This document shows, one piece after another, positions 22,051-31,764 of a stretch of 32,000 nt of DNA. Under the pieces are notes generated by a model. That model ran no database searches. It had not been told where the DNA came from and saw only the letters and a list, made by a program, of their open reading frames with translations. Where the stretch lies: the NCBI GenBank assembly GCA_964514965.1, contig CAZETV010000002.1, positions 156,445-188,444 of the forward strand, in the 5' to 3' direction. The translations under genes and the position numbers were made by a program. Source of the DNA: Candidatus Hadarchaeota archaeon (GTDB lineage: Archaea > Hadarchaeota > Hadarchaeia > Hadarchaeales > Hadarchaeaceae). Positions within the stretch are counted from its first letter, which is position 1. Every line of letters begins with the position of its first letter.

Positions 22051-23097
22051 TTACCTCTTGGACAGCACTTTGGAGGATTTCGATTGTTTTTTGATAGGTT
22101 CTCCTATCCACCGGATACGGAATTCCATCTTTTCCCCGTGTGCGAAAGAAAAGCGCGCCGGGTCTTCCCATGAAGGTGATTTACCGTAAATCAAGTCAGA
22201 AACAAGGGCAAGGGCCCGCACAGCTTTTGGTCCGATCCCTCCGATGGCGACCAGCTCCTCGTAGCTTTCGGGTTGGAACTCATAGGCTTTGAGAAGCGCC
22301 GTCATCGTCCGATCGGTGAACTCTGAAATAGTGTGCTGAGTTGGCATGATGAGGGTACGCACTTTGGGCGAGTGCATTAGGTATTCATCGAGCGATCGTT
22401 GTTCTGCTTCTCGAACATAACTCCCCAACCGCTTTGGATTGTCACGCACGAAGTCTAAACTAGATTTTCTCGCTTCATCGCTCTCGCGCGCAGTCATGTC
22501 GAGAACCACTTTCTCCCGGCGATCACCTACAATACCCGAGTGCGGCTCTTCAACGAAACTTTGGACACCCTCGGAAAGCCAGTGGTAGCGCCTAGCCAAC
22601 TGCTCATGCATTCCCTGCTGCACCACGGCCCAATCCCCATCTTCGCTGAGCACGAAAACATGATGATATAGCTGGTATCCGTCTTGCACACAAGCGTTGT
22701 CGACCTTTGCTGTCATCTTGCTCGCGTACTTGAGAAATTCAATTTTTCTGGAGGAGAGAGAAAAAACATCCGCGAGTTTTTGAATTTCGTTCGGCGTTCG
22801 CTTTGAAACCTTACCTTTCCCCCCGCAGACCGCGATGCCGAACTCTGTTTTTATCGCCTCCTTCAACGCACCACACACGGTAGTGGTCAATCCCGATGAA
22901 TGCCAGTCAAACCCGAGCGTGCATCCCAAAGCTTGAAAAAAGAAAGGATCGCTTATCCTTTTGAGTAATTCCTTTCTCCCGTATTCGTGCACGATTATCT
23001 CTGCTATTGCTCCACCCAAAAGCTTCATCCGACTGAACAACCAAGGTGGACATCTACCACCGTGCAAAGGCAGCTCAGCAACACCAACTCGTTTCAT
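22051..23097 (-). CDS. DUF763 domain-containing protein
   Basis: MKRVGVAELPLHGGRCPPWLFSRMKLLGGAIAEIIVHEYGRKELLKRISDPFFFQALGCTLGFDWHSSGLTTTVCGALKEAI typical of DUF763/COG1415. Confidence 0.88.
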   Translation of the reverse strand: MKRVGVAELPLHGGRCPPWLFSRMKLLGGAIAEIIVHEYGRKELLKRISDPFFFQALGCTLGFDWHSSGLTTTVCGALKEAIKTEFGIAVCGGKGKVSKRTPNEIQKLADVFSLSSRKIEFLKYASKMTAKVDNACVQDGYQLYHHVFVLSEDGDWAVVQQGMHEQLARRYHWLSEGVQSFVEEPHSGIVGDRREKVVLDMTARESDEARKSSLDFVRDNPKRLGSYVREAEQRSLDEYLMHSPKVRTLIMPTQHTISEFTDRTMTALLKAYEFQPESYEELVAIGGIGPKAVRALALVSDLIYGKSPSWEDPARFSFAHGEKMEFRIRWIGEPIKKQSKSSKVLSKR

Positions 23098-23192
23098 CGA
23101 GATAAATTTGTTCTTTAAACAGGATTAAACCTAGCCCCAGCTAAACCGCCTAAAAACCGAACCAAAAAATCTCGGAAGCAAGCAGCCGAGAG

Positions 23193-23408
23193 TCATTTTG
23201 TTAAGTAATAGCCCGCAGCCTTCTCACGAGCCACGCGCTTCGCATACTTTTTCGTGACGAGTTCCGTCAGTGCATTGTTTGCCATCCCTTTCGGTAGGCG
23301 AGCTATACGCATTACATCATCGGCAGTCTTTAGAGAGTCAGGGCTCGTGGCGCTAATTCGTTTCAGCGCATCATACACTTTTTGGGCATTTGGTGTTAAA
23401 TCAGCCAT
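23193..23408 (-). CDS. Small protein, probable winged-helix fold, 71 aa
   Basis: TPNAQKVYDALKRISATSPDSLKTADDVMRIARLPKGMANNALTELVTKKYAKRVAREKAAGYYLTK resembles a compact wHTH; 5 bp upstream of nadC. Confidence 0.65.
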   Translation of the reverse strand: MADLTPNAQKVYDALKRISATSPDSLKTADDVMRIARLPKGMANNALTELVTKKYAKRVAREKAAGYYLTK

Positions 23409-23412
23409 GTGA

Positions 23413-24303
23413 TTACCTCAATTTTTGATTTCTCCTGTTTGCGGCGAGCTTAAAATCCTTGCTTTTTATCTCTAATCGCATGTCCAACGCGGGGGCCCGC
23501 ATGGTAATGTAACTCGATGATACCACATCCACACCGGTCGCCACGTAGCTCTCCACATTTGATAGGTCGATCCCTCCCGAAGCTTCAAGGATGACCCTGT
23601 CCCGCAGCCCTCCTCGCTTAAGTATCTTTATCGCGCGTATGATGTTTGCAGGCTTCATGTTGTCGAACATCACCATGTCCGCACCTGCACGAGCGGCTTC
23701 ATATGCATCATCCGGATTGTTTACTTCAACTTCCAACTTTTCCACTTGGCTGTCTTCACGCGCTTGGAGGACTGCCTTACTCACCGAACCGACCAGCCTG
23801 AGATGGTTACCCTTGATTAGGATATGGTCGCTGAGTTTGTATCGATGGGGCTTACCCCCGGCAACCTGAACTGCGCGCTTGTCAAAGTAGGTCAAGAGCG
23901 GAGCGGTCTTCCGTGTAGCCGCTATCACAATATCCGAATTTTTCTTCTTAGCCCGATCGATGAGTTGCCGCGTCGCCGTTGCGATGCCGCTCATGCGCAT
24001 CAACAAATTAAGCGCCACCCGCTCAACCGCGAGGATACCCATGGCTGGGCCCTTGAGGCGAAGAATCACATCCCCAGTCTTAATTTGTTGCCCATCGGAC
24101 TTGAGGGCTTTAGTTTGTACCCCAGCTTCATCAAATGCCACCATAGCCTCGTTTATCCCAGCTAACACCCCTGACTGCTTGGCGATAATTTTGGCCTTAG
24201 TTTTGTATTTAGGTGGGAGTAGAGCTTTGGATGTTACATCGCCAGAACCTATATCCTCCACTAACATTTCGCGGATTTTTTTCCTTACAAATACTCTAGT
24301 CAC
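23413..24303 (-). CDS. nadC: Nicotinate-nucleotide pyrophosphorylase (quinolinate phosphoribosyltransferase)
   Basis: EDIGSGDVTSKALLP..., LLMRMSGIATATRQLI, RKTAPLLTYFDKRAVQVAGGKPHRYKLSDHILIKGNHL, VEVNNPDDAYEAARAGADMVMFDNM. Confidence 0.96.
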   Translation of the reverse strand: MTRVFVRKKIREMLVEDIGSGDVTSKALLPPKYKTKAKIIAKQSGVLAGINEAMVAFDEAGVQTKALKSDGQQIKTGDVILRLKGPAMGILAVERVALNLLMRMSGIATATRQLIDRAKKKNSDIVIAATRKTAPLLTYFDKRAVQVAGGKPHRYKLSDHILIKGNHLRLVGSVSKAVLQAREDSQVEKLEVEVNNPDDAYEAARAGADMVMFDNMKPANIIRAIKILKRGGLRDRVILEASGGIDLSNVESYVATGVDVVSSSYITMRAPALDMRLEIKSKDFKLAANRRNQKLR

Positions 24304-25228
24304 TGGTGGCCCTCCCTGAAATCTCGAGCATGCGTTCAGTGGCTGCGCGCGCCTTGGTAGCTATATCCGGTGGCACGCGTACCACATGCTTCTTATCGCG
24401 CAAGGCGAGGTAAAGTTTTTCGAGGGTGTGTTTTTTCATTTGTTCGCACCTCGCCGTCTCAAGCGCAGAGATGAACTCCTTGTCGGGAAATTCACGTCGG
24501 AGCCGCTCGACTAATCCAATCTCAGTGGCGATGATAAATCGCTTGGATGGCGATGCCTTGGCTCGAAGTAACATCTGGCTTGTGCTGCAAATGTGTGAGG
24601 CGAGCTTCTGGACCTCGGGGTCGCACTCTGGGTGCACCAGCACTTCAGCATCGGGGGAGCGCTCCTTCAGCAACATAACATCGGCTGGAGAGAACATCCG
24701 GTGCACATAGCAGTAACCACGGTCAGGGAGCGGAATGATTTTTTTGTCGCTGCGCTGCTGCACGAACCAAGCGAGATTTCGATCTGGGCCGAATAGAATT
24801 TCACTTTCGTCAAGAGCGTTGACTATAAGCGGAGCGTTCGCCGAGGTGCAGGTGATGTCTGCCTCAGCCCTAGCCTCGGCCAACGTATTGATGTAAAGCA
24901 CCACGGCAGCATCGGGATTCTCTCGCTTTGCTTCACGTACGAGCTGCGCCGGAAGTTGGGCCGCCATGGGGCATCGAGCTTCTGGATCCGGGATCAACAC
25001 TGTTTTATCGGGGTTCAGAATTGCCGCGGTTTCCGCCATGAAATCGACCCCACAGAATACGATGAGGTCGACGTTGACTTTCGCGGAGTATCTAGCCAGA
25101 TCGAGCGAGTCCCCTATGTAATCAGCGAGGAGTTGAATTTCCTCCCGCTGGTAGTTGTGAGCGAGGATAATTGCGTTGCGCTCGCTCTTCAACTTCAGGA
25201 TGGCCTCTTTCAGATGCTCGGATTTCAT
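24296..25228 (-). CDS. nadA: Quinolinate synthase A
   Basis: AIILAHNYQREEIQLLADYIGDSLDLAR; VFCGVDFMAETAAILNPDKTVLIPD; VHPECDPEV. Confidence 0.96.
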   Translation of the reverse strand: MKSEHLKEAILKLKSERNAIILAHNYQREEIQLLADYIGDSLDLARYSAKVNVDLIVFCGVDFMAETAAILNPDKTVLIPDPEARCPMAAQLPAQLVREAKRENPDAAVVLYINTLAEARAEADITCTSANAPLIVNALDESEILFGPDRNLAWFVQQRSDKKIIPLPDRGYCYVHRMFSPADVMLLKERSPDAEVLVHPECDPEVQKLASHICSTSQMLLRAKASPSKRFIIATEIGLVERLRREFPDKEFISALETARCEQMKKHTLEKLYLALRDKKHVVRVPPDIATKARAATERMLEISGRATSD

Positions 25229-25270
25229 AATCGAGTCCTCAAGATTAGGCAATATTCACAATTTATAAAG

Positions 25271-26098
25271 CTATGTTCCAACACGAATGCTCTCGCTCAG
25301 GTTCCGAAGAGTCTGAATAGCTGAGAGCGCCGCGAGGTAGCTCGTCTTTGGGGAATCGGAGAACGATACATTCCGCGCCTCGGTGACGAGCTCTCCTGCC
25401 TTGCCCAAAACGCGAATCTCGTGAATGTTGCGGTTAAGCTTTGGGTCGGCGACGATACGAACTTTTGTTTTATCTAGTCCTATACCAGCCAAGCTCAGGG
25501 TTGCCGCTACATTAACACTTCTAGGGAATGCCTTAACCGCTTCTCGTGCAGAACCCTCAAATACGACACGAGGTTTTTTTAGCCTCTTTAGGTTAATGCC
25601 GCGTTTCTCAAGGTATACGCTGTAAGCCAGCGTTGTTGACGGCTTCCGTGTTGTTAACGTTACTTTCTTGATTCCACCTAACTCAGCCGCCTTTACTCCA
25701 TCAATGCCTAATACAGCACCTGACGGGATATAGACCCTACGGCCACTTTGCTCAGCTGCATTACGCACAGTTCTTAACAATTCCTCGTCCGCAAATGCGC
25801 CTACGCTCATAACCATAATATCTTTACCTGAGCGGAGGATATCGAGTGAATACTGCTCAACCGCCAGTTGGGAAGATGCCTCGATAACCAAGCCCACGGT
25901 TTTGTCGGAGTATATCTCTGCCGCGCTCCTTGCTATCCGTGGTTTTAAGCTCAGCTTTTTCGCCAACGCCTCGGATTTCTCTGGTTCAAAGTCATGAAGC
26001 CAAGCAAGTTCAACTTTTCCCGCTCTACCCTCGTCTATGGCTTGTGCCAAAACCGCTCCTATTGCGCCACAACCAATTATGGCGACCCTCAACCGCAT
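25271..26098 (-). CDS. nadX: L-aspartate dehydrogenase
   Basis: VAIIGCGAIGAVLAQAI; VYIPSGAVLGIDGVKAA; adjacent to nadA-nadC. Confidence 0.92.
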   Translation of the reverse strand: MRLRVAIIGCGAIGAVLAQAIDEGRAGKVELAWLHDFEPEKSEALAKKLSLKPRIARSAAEIYSDKTVGLVIEASSQLAVEQYSLDILRSGKDIMVMSVGAFADEELLRTVRNAAEQSGRRVYIPSGAVLGIDGVKAAELGGIKKVTLTTRKPSTTLAYSVYLEKRGINLKRLKKPRVVFEGSAREAVKAFPRSVNVAATLSLAGIGLDKTKVRIVADPKLNRNIHEIRVLGKAGELVTEARNVSFSDSPKTSYLAALSAIQTLRNLSESIRVGT

Positions 26099-26130
26099 CG
26101 AGACCCCTTAAACTTACCACAGCCAACTGT

Positions 26131-27624
26131 TTAATCTTTAGGATGTGGGTTGGACAACGGGTTTATTCCTTGCTCCATTTGCTTTACGTATGATTTTAAT
26201 TTTTTCTTCGTTAAGTTCAATATGAATTTTCCAATGAAGAGTTTTTGTAGGGGGCGGCTCTGGAAGTAATCGTCTGCCATTTCGCCAATCCATTTCAGGT
26301 CGTGCTTTATACAGGCCCCGAGCAGCATCCAGTGCTCCGGCAACATGCCTTTAAGATTGAAAAATTTCTTCTTATCCAGCGCACCTATCGGCACGAAGAA
26401 AAGGGGAACGATGAAAGACCTGTATTCATCTAGTCGTTCGATTAGCTCAACTGTTTTCATGACATCCCCAGGAGTTTCCTTGGGGAGCCCCATTATCAAA
26501 GTAGAACACGGTTGCCAGTTATTATCACACAACAACTTATGGGCTTCCACTACCACCTCCGGCCACTCCTCAGGTTTGAATGGAGCCACCTTGCCTCTCA
26601 TATGCTCCCGCACCAGCCTCGGAGACGCCGTTTCTATCCCTACTTGACCCGATATCCACAGTTCCCCATTGGATTTTGAATTCAGCATCTCCGTTAGGCG
26701 CTCGATGAGGCTGGGCTTCGTCATCACGGATGCAAAAGCAAAGTGAGAGAGCCAGACATTATCCGTTAGTTTCAGGCCCTCCCTAAAAAGTTTCATGACT
26801 TTCTCCTCGTCTGGAATCACGCCTTTGGCACCATATCTAAGAACATCCTCTGCATGCAATAACGCCCCCTCCGCTCCAGCTTTGAGGTTGACTTTAATTT
26901 CGTCTAGGATTTGCTTTATCGGCCTGCATCTATAATTCAAAAGCGTGGGAATGCAAAATTTACATCCTCTACCGCAACCTCGTGCGATTTCAACGAGCCC
27001 GCATATAGTTGGATTTTTTATCGAGGCGATCCGCTCAAGGGGCACAACTTCACCTTCTACAAGCCGAGGTAGCTTTTCGCCATTCAACGCCCGCTTGAAC
27101 ATCTCCACCGCGGTTATCTCGCCTTCACCAACGACAACACAATCTATGCCGAACTTGGCCATTATCCGTTCATTCGCAAGCTGCCATGCGCCGGGACCCC
27201 CAGCTATCACCTTTACTCCATTTTCTCTAAACGAAGAATTTGCGAGGAGTTTCCGGTAATAAAAAGCCGTGTAAGTCTCCTTTCTCATCAAACTACCGAA
27301 TGTCGAAGAAGCGGGCCCCCAACCTAGAGGATCGTTAGCCGTGATTCCTACCGCCTTGGTTTCCTCATTGATAACTTTATGTAAGTGCTCGGGGTGTGCA
27401 ACAGTAACGTTAAATCCTTCCTCAAGCAAGGCTGCTTCTATTTTCCTAGTTCCGCAAGGGGCGAATTTCGGGATACCGTCATGCTCGGGAATCGGCGAGC
27501 AGAATAATCTTTTGTATAACCATTCGGGTATCAACTTGGGTGCACAGGCTGCAAAACCAACGAATATGCCGCCGCCGTAATCGGACATCAGCGAACGATC
27601 TGCGGTTAGAACTATCTCACTCAT
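26131..27624 (-). CDS. Radical SAM protein with N-terminal B12-binding-like domain
   Basis: CGRGCKFC (CxxxCxxC), GVKVIAGGPGAWQLA...GIDCVVVGEGE typical B12-binding/rSAM family. Confidence 0.88.
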   Translation of the reverse strand: MSEIVLTADRSLMSDYGGGIFVGFAACAPKLIPEWLYKRLFCSPIPEHDGIPKFAPCGTRKIEAALLEEGFNVTVAHPEHLHKVINEETKAVGITANDPLGWGPASSTFGSLMRKETYTAFYYRKLLANSSFRENGVKVIAGGPGAWQLANERIMAKFGIDCVVVGEGEITAVEMFKRALNGEKLPRLVEGEVVPLERIASIKNPTICGLVEIARGCGRGCKFCIPTLLNYRCRPIKQILDEIKVNLKAGAEGALLHAEDVLRYGAKGVIPDEEKVMKLFREGLKLTDNVWLSHFAFASVMTKPSLIERLTEMLNSKSNGELWISGQVGIETASPRLVREHMRGKVAPFKPEEWPEVVVEAHKLLCDNNWQPCSTLIMGLPKETPGDVMKTVELIERLDEYRSFIVPLFFVPIGALDKKKFFNLKGMLPEHWMLLGACIKHDLKWIGEMADDYFQSRPLQKLFIGKFILNLTKKKLKSYVKQMEQGINPLSNPHPKD

Positions 27625-27706
27625 CCATATCCCCAACTGGGGTGCAAATTATCCTGCATATAATCTAGACCATAAGATATTTAGGTTTTTTTTCATATGG
27701 ATAAGC

Positions 27707-28036
27707 GTGGCAAAAATGGGAGTAGACAATCTTATTGTGGAAATATCCAATTTTTTCAACATTCGTTCTACGAGTATAAAAATTCTTGACATTTTGTTTA
27801 GAAGTAAAAAGGGACTTTTGGTATCTGAAATAATCATGCGCAGCAAAAAGTCTGAACGATCGGTAAGAACCCACCTAAAACTTCTCCTCAAACTTTGCCT
27901 CATCAAAAGAAAAAGGGTGATTACTAAAAAAAGGAAGCTTGCCTATCGCTACCTTGCACTTCGAACCCACGAACTAATCCGGTCAACAAAAAAAGAGATG
28001 CGTCGAAGATTGCACAGATTAGAAACAAACATGTGA
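27707..28036 (+). CDS. Winged-helix transcriptional regulator (MarR/ArsR/TrmB-like)
   Basis: ILDILFRSKKGLLVSEIIMRSKKSERSVRTHLKLLLKLCLIKRKRVITKKRKLAYRYLAL wHTH pattern; start is GTG; immediately upstream of exporter gene. Confidence 0.75.
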   Translation: MAKMGVDNLIVEISNFFNIRSTSIKILDILFRSKKGLLVSEIIMRSKKSERSVRTHLKLLLKLCLIKRKRVITKKRKLAYRYLALRTHELIRSTKKEMRRRLHRLETNM

Positions 28037-28055
28037 AGTGCTTAAGGGTGCAAGG

Positions 28056-30302
28056 ATGATAAAGAAGGTAGCAGGAGCAGTTGAACGAAGACCCTATCTG
28101 GTTATCATTTGTGTTTTCTTGATAAGCGGCTTCATGACTTACGGAGTCACTAAACTTTCGACCACAACAGAGTTCAGAGAATTTTTACCTGAGGACTCAC
28201 CAACGGTTAAAACAACAGTGGAATTCGAAAACAACTTCGGCGGTACAACCGAGAGAATTCTACTCAAAGCCGAAAATGTTTTTAATGAAAACACGATTCG
28301 AGATATCCTTGAGCTGGAGAACGCACTCCAAAATGAGCCTGAGCTACGAGATTACATTACAGAAGTGAAGTCGTATGTCGATTATTTGGGGATTACCGAA
28401 AACATGCTGTTGCTACCCGAACCCCAACTCAGAGCATACCTTTACTCTCTGCTCACCCAACCTCAAGTAGTAAGCGCCGTGGAGAGACTCATAAGTAACG
28501 ATCAAAAGGCAACTATCATCAACGTCTCCACGGCATCTGAACTACCTGCGGACGAACGGACGAAAAAAACCGATACTTTTATCGAATTCATCATTGGGTT
28601 TAGCGAAAATAATGAGAATCTGACGCTTGGAGTAACAGGCGACGACATTCTCCACAACGATATATTTGGATTGATGAATAGAGACAATCAAATACTGATA
28701 TCTGCAGCAGCCATCTTAGTCATCGTGATTCTTTTCTTCATATTTAGAAGACTTTCAGATATTGGTATCTCCGTTCTCACGGTCGCGCTTGGCGCACTCT
28801 GGGCGCTGGGGGCTATGGCGTGGTTAGAACTGAAGTTTACGATGATTCACGTAGCCCTGATCCCACTGATTTTCGGGCTGGGGATAGATTACTCCATTCA
28901 CATGCTTAACCGCTATTACGAAGGGCTAGGCAATGGCATGCGTACTGAGAGGGCTATCTCGACTTCCATACGAACTACCGGCGCAGCGATAACCCTCGCC
29001 GCAGTGACGACGATAATCGGATTCAGCTCTTTTATGATCTCCAACTTCCCCGCGATAAGCACGCTCGGAGCTTTTGCTGCACTCGGTATCGCTTTCACCT
29101 TTTTGCTCGCAACGATATTTTTGCCAGCTATGCTACTACTGCGTGACCGAAGAGGAAAGAAAGTAAAAAAGAAACTAGCAAGACGTGGGGAGCGATTCGA
29201 TAAGTTATTATCAACAACGGTGGTTGGGATCGAGCGCCACAGGAAATTGATAGTGACAGCGGCGATTCTTATGACCGCGATATGCGCATTTTCTGCTTAC
29301 GGTATCTCCACGACTATGTCTTTTGAGAGCTTCCTTCCTGCGGACGTTCCTTCCATGGCTACGATGAACGAAATAGAGGAGCAGTTTGGCGGGCAATCGG
29401 TAATCATAGTTTTGGCGAAAGGGGATATTAATAGCCCTCAAGGATTGCAGGTAATGTTCGACCTAGAAAACTCAGTGCTTTCTGAAGGGGACAATTTAAT
29501 CACAGACTCAATGAGTTTGGCAAACATCGTTTCTCAAATTACAGGCGGCATCCCATCATCAAAGGACGAGGTTGAGGCAGTAATCAACAACATTGACCCA
29601 ACTCAGCTTAAAAAACTCTCGAGTGGCGATACAGCAGCAATCTACTTTTACGTGAACTCGAAAACTGACCAAGATATGACGGAAGCAACTCGGATAATCA
29701 GGGGACACGTAAAAGAAAATATGAATAATTATTTGAATCTGAACATCGATGGCGAACCAGCCGTGGGTGGAGAGCCGGTCATCATCAGTGATATCGTTAA
29801 TGGAATATCATCGAATATGATACGAACGACAATACTCGCCTTTTTACTTTGTCTGATAGTCTTGATTATCGTCTTTCGTTCGCCTATTTTGGGTGGTATA
29901 GCACTGTTGCCAATGCTTTTAACAGTTAGCTGGGAATTCGGCACACTTCGCGCGTTGGGTTGGTCGCTTGACGTGTTGACAATGAGTATATCAGCGTTAA
30001 TCATAGGTATAGGAATAGATTATGCTATCCACGTCATTCATAGATTCAGAGAGGAGCGCGGGCAACACAAGCTTGAGCTCCAAAGCGCAATCCGAACCAC
30101 CATGATGAAAGTCGGAACCGCATTATTGGCTGCGGCTGCGACCACAATTGGAGTATTTGGTGTACTGGCACTCTCGACTATGCCAGCTATTATGAAGTTC
30201 GGAACGCTGACCGCGATTGTGATTTTCTACGCTTTCGTTGCAGCTTTGGTAATTCTGCCGTCGATACTCGTTATCTATTCGCTCTGGAAACGAAAAAAGT
30301 GA
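28056..30302 (+). CDS. RND/MMPL-family exporter (hydrophobe/amphiphile efflux type)
   Basis: Two duplicated halves: GLGIDYSIHMLNRY and GIGIDYAIHVIHRFREERG; about 12 hydrophobic segments; large extracytoplasmic loops. Confidence 0.9.
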   Translation: MIKKVAGAVERRPYLVIICVFLISGFMTYGVTKLSTTTEFREFLPEDSPTVKTTVEFENNFGGTTERILLKAENVFNENTIRDILELENALQNEPELRDYITEVKSYVDYLGITENMLLLPEPQLRAYLYSLLTQPQVVSAVERLISNDQKATIINVSTASELPADERTKKTDTFIEFIIGFSENNENLTLGVTGDDILHNDIFGLMNRDNQILISAAAILVIVILFFIFRRLSDIGISVLTVALGALWALGAMAWLELKFTMIHVALIPLIFGLGIDYSIHMLNRYYEGLGNGMRTERAISTSIRTTGAAITLAAVTTIIGFSSFMISNFPAISTLGAFAALGIAFTFLLATIFLPAMLLLRDRRGKKVKKKLARRGERFDKLLSTTVVGIERHRKLIVTAAILMTAICAFSAYGISTTMSFESFLPADVPSMATMNEIEEQFGGQSVIIVLAKGDINSPQGLQVMFDLENSVLSEGDNLITDSMSLANIVSQITGGIPSSKDEVEAVINNIDPTQLKKLSSGDTAAIYFYVNSKTDQDMTEATRIIRGHVKENMNNYLNLNIDGEPAVGGEPVIISDIVNGISSNMIRTTILAFLLCLIVLIIVFRSPILGGIALLPMLLTVSWEFGTLRALGWSLDVLTMSISALIIGIGIDYAIHVIHRFREERGQHKLELQSAIRTTMMKVGTALLAAAATTIGVFGVLALSTMPAIMKFGTLTAIVIFYAFVAALVILPSILVIYSLWKRKK

Positions 30303-30585
30303 AGTGTTAGATGAATTCGGGTATTGAAAATCATTTATCCTTGTTAATCCCTTTTTAACATTATACCATTTCTTGCCCACCACCGACGCACATAATCACT
30401 AGCCTCTTCACAAGTTCCTCTTTCATTTCATGTATAATGGTCACCACAAAACGAAAATATACAACCGTTTACTCATACAAGAAATGGGTTCGGAAAACTG
30501 GATAAAAGGGATATAAACCAATTAAAACAATTTATTGAAACGAACAATGAGACCAAGCTCCTTGAATTGAGTCGGGCGAAGGCGG

Positions 30586-30780
30586 ATGAATAAAGCCAAT
30601 TATTGTCCGCATTGTGGTTCGAAGAAGGTGAGGTGGGCGTCTGGACTTCCACAGCTATGGGCAGTTTACGATTGCTTGGAGTGTGGATACCGAGGTTCTC
30701 TTATCGTCGACGATGCTGACCTTGCGAAGAGAATTAGAAGATCTTGGTTGCGAAAGCAGAAGGCGCTAGCAAGAAAATAG
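30586..30780 (+). CDS. Small zinc-ribbon protein, 64 aa
   Basis: CPHCGSKKVRW...YDCLECGYRGSLIVDDADLAKRIR; two CxxC knuckles. Confidence 0.75.
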   Translation: MNKANYCPHCGSKKVRWASGLPQLWAVYDCLECGYRGSLIVDDADLAKRIRRSWLRKQKALARK

Positions 30781-30852
30781 GATCCACAACGCCCCTCGTC
30801 GCCGTGATACGAGGAAACGAATATGTTGTGATTTACGGGTAGCTCCTAGTCA

Positions 30853-30902
30853 CAAGAATTGGGGATAAAATAGCTATCCTGTTGATTCCCCGAGAATTCT
30901 TG
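30853..30902. repeat. Imperfect inverted repeat / hairpin
   Basis: CAAGAATT-GGGGA ... 21 nt ... TCCCC-GAG-AATTCTTG: 5+8 bp arms separated by a 3-nt bulge on one side. Confidence 0.8.
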
Positions 30903-31169
30903 GAACGCATGCACATCTGGCTATAATCGTCGCCTAGGCTCGAATTTTTTGGTTTTGAGAGTAGAGTACCGAGAAGCGAACTGCGTTACAAAGACTAGGG
31001 AACATGGCTAAGTCGCCTGCTGCAGAACTCCGAGGTCGTAGGACTAATCAAGCAGAAACTCCGGGAGATGGGGTTACACACCGGGTAATCATGGTGCTGG
31101 GTGCTCGATCTTGAAATATGATAGAATTTATTTGGTAACATAAATATGCTTTTATCGGAGCGAGGATAG

Positions 31170-31529
31170 TTGATGGACATACTAATCTTGTTCTATTGGT
31201 TAATATCGTTGATAGTGACGCTTGTCCTAATACTCGCGGTTGCTGTATCTCTTATAAGTATTACCGAAGGTCTCGCGGAAGATGTGAAGTGGACAAGCGG
31301 ACCTTCTATAACGCGTTTGCTACTTCTGTTTTTCCTGTTTTGCGTATCAGTGTTAATACTGAACCTCTCCTTGACCAGTACGATACTCGGACATTTGACA
31401 GGGGATTTCTTCGTTATTCGGGTTTTATTCGTTATTTTATTTGGAACTTGCACACTCATAATTGGTTTCCGTTTATCCGTATATGTAAAAGAAATATTTC
31501 GTAGAATAAAGAGACATAAAATGGGTTGA
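31170..31529 (+). CDS. Hypothetical membrane protein, 119 aa, 3-4 predicted TM segments
   Basis: Long hydrophobic stretches (LILFYWLISLIVTLVLILAVAVSLI; LLLLFFLFCVSVLILNLSL; VIRVLFVILFGTCTLIIGF) and basic C-terminus. Confidence 0.55.
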   Translation: MMDILILFYWLISLIVTLVLILAVAVSLISITEGLAEDVKWTSGPSITRLLLLFFLFCVSVLILNLSLTSTILGHLTGDFFVIRVLFVILFGTCTLIIGFRLSVYVKEIFRRIKRHKMG

Positions 31530-31764
31530 AGGGAAAAGGGACAAGGGATTCTTCGTCCTGAGTTCTATTGCAGGGAAAAAACAACATGACACGTGGAGTT
31601 GGATTCGAAGGAGATGTTAATTTTCCCTTCTCCCTCCCGCCCCCTCGCTGCAGTTCCCTCGGTAGTGACGTGGGGAAAAGGAGCAAACCTGGGGGGGCAG
31701 ACACATCTATTACTGGAACCTGAATCATCACTGAGCTTTGCATGAACTAGTTTCTGCGCATAGA

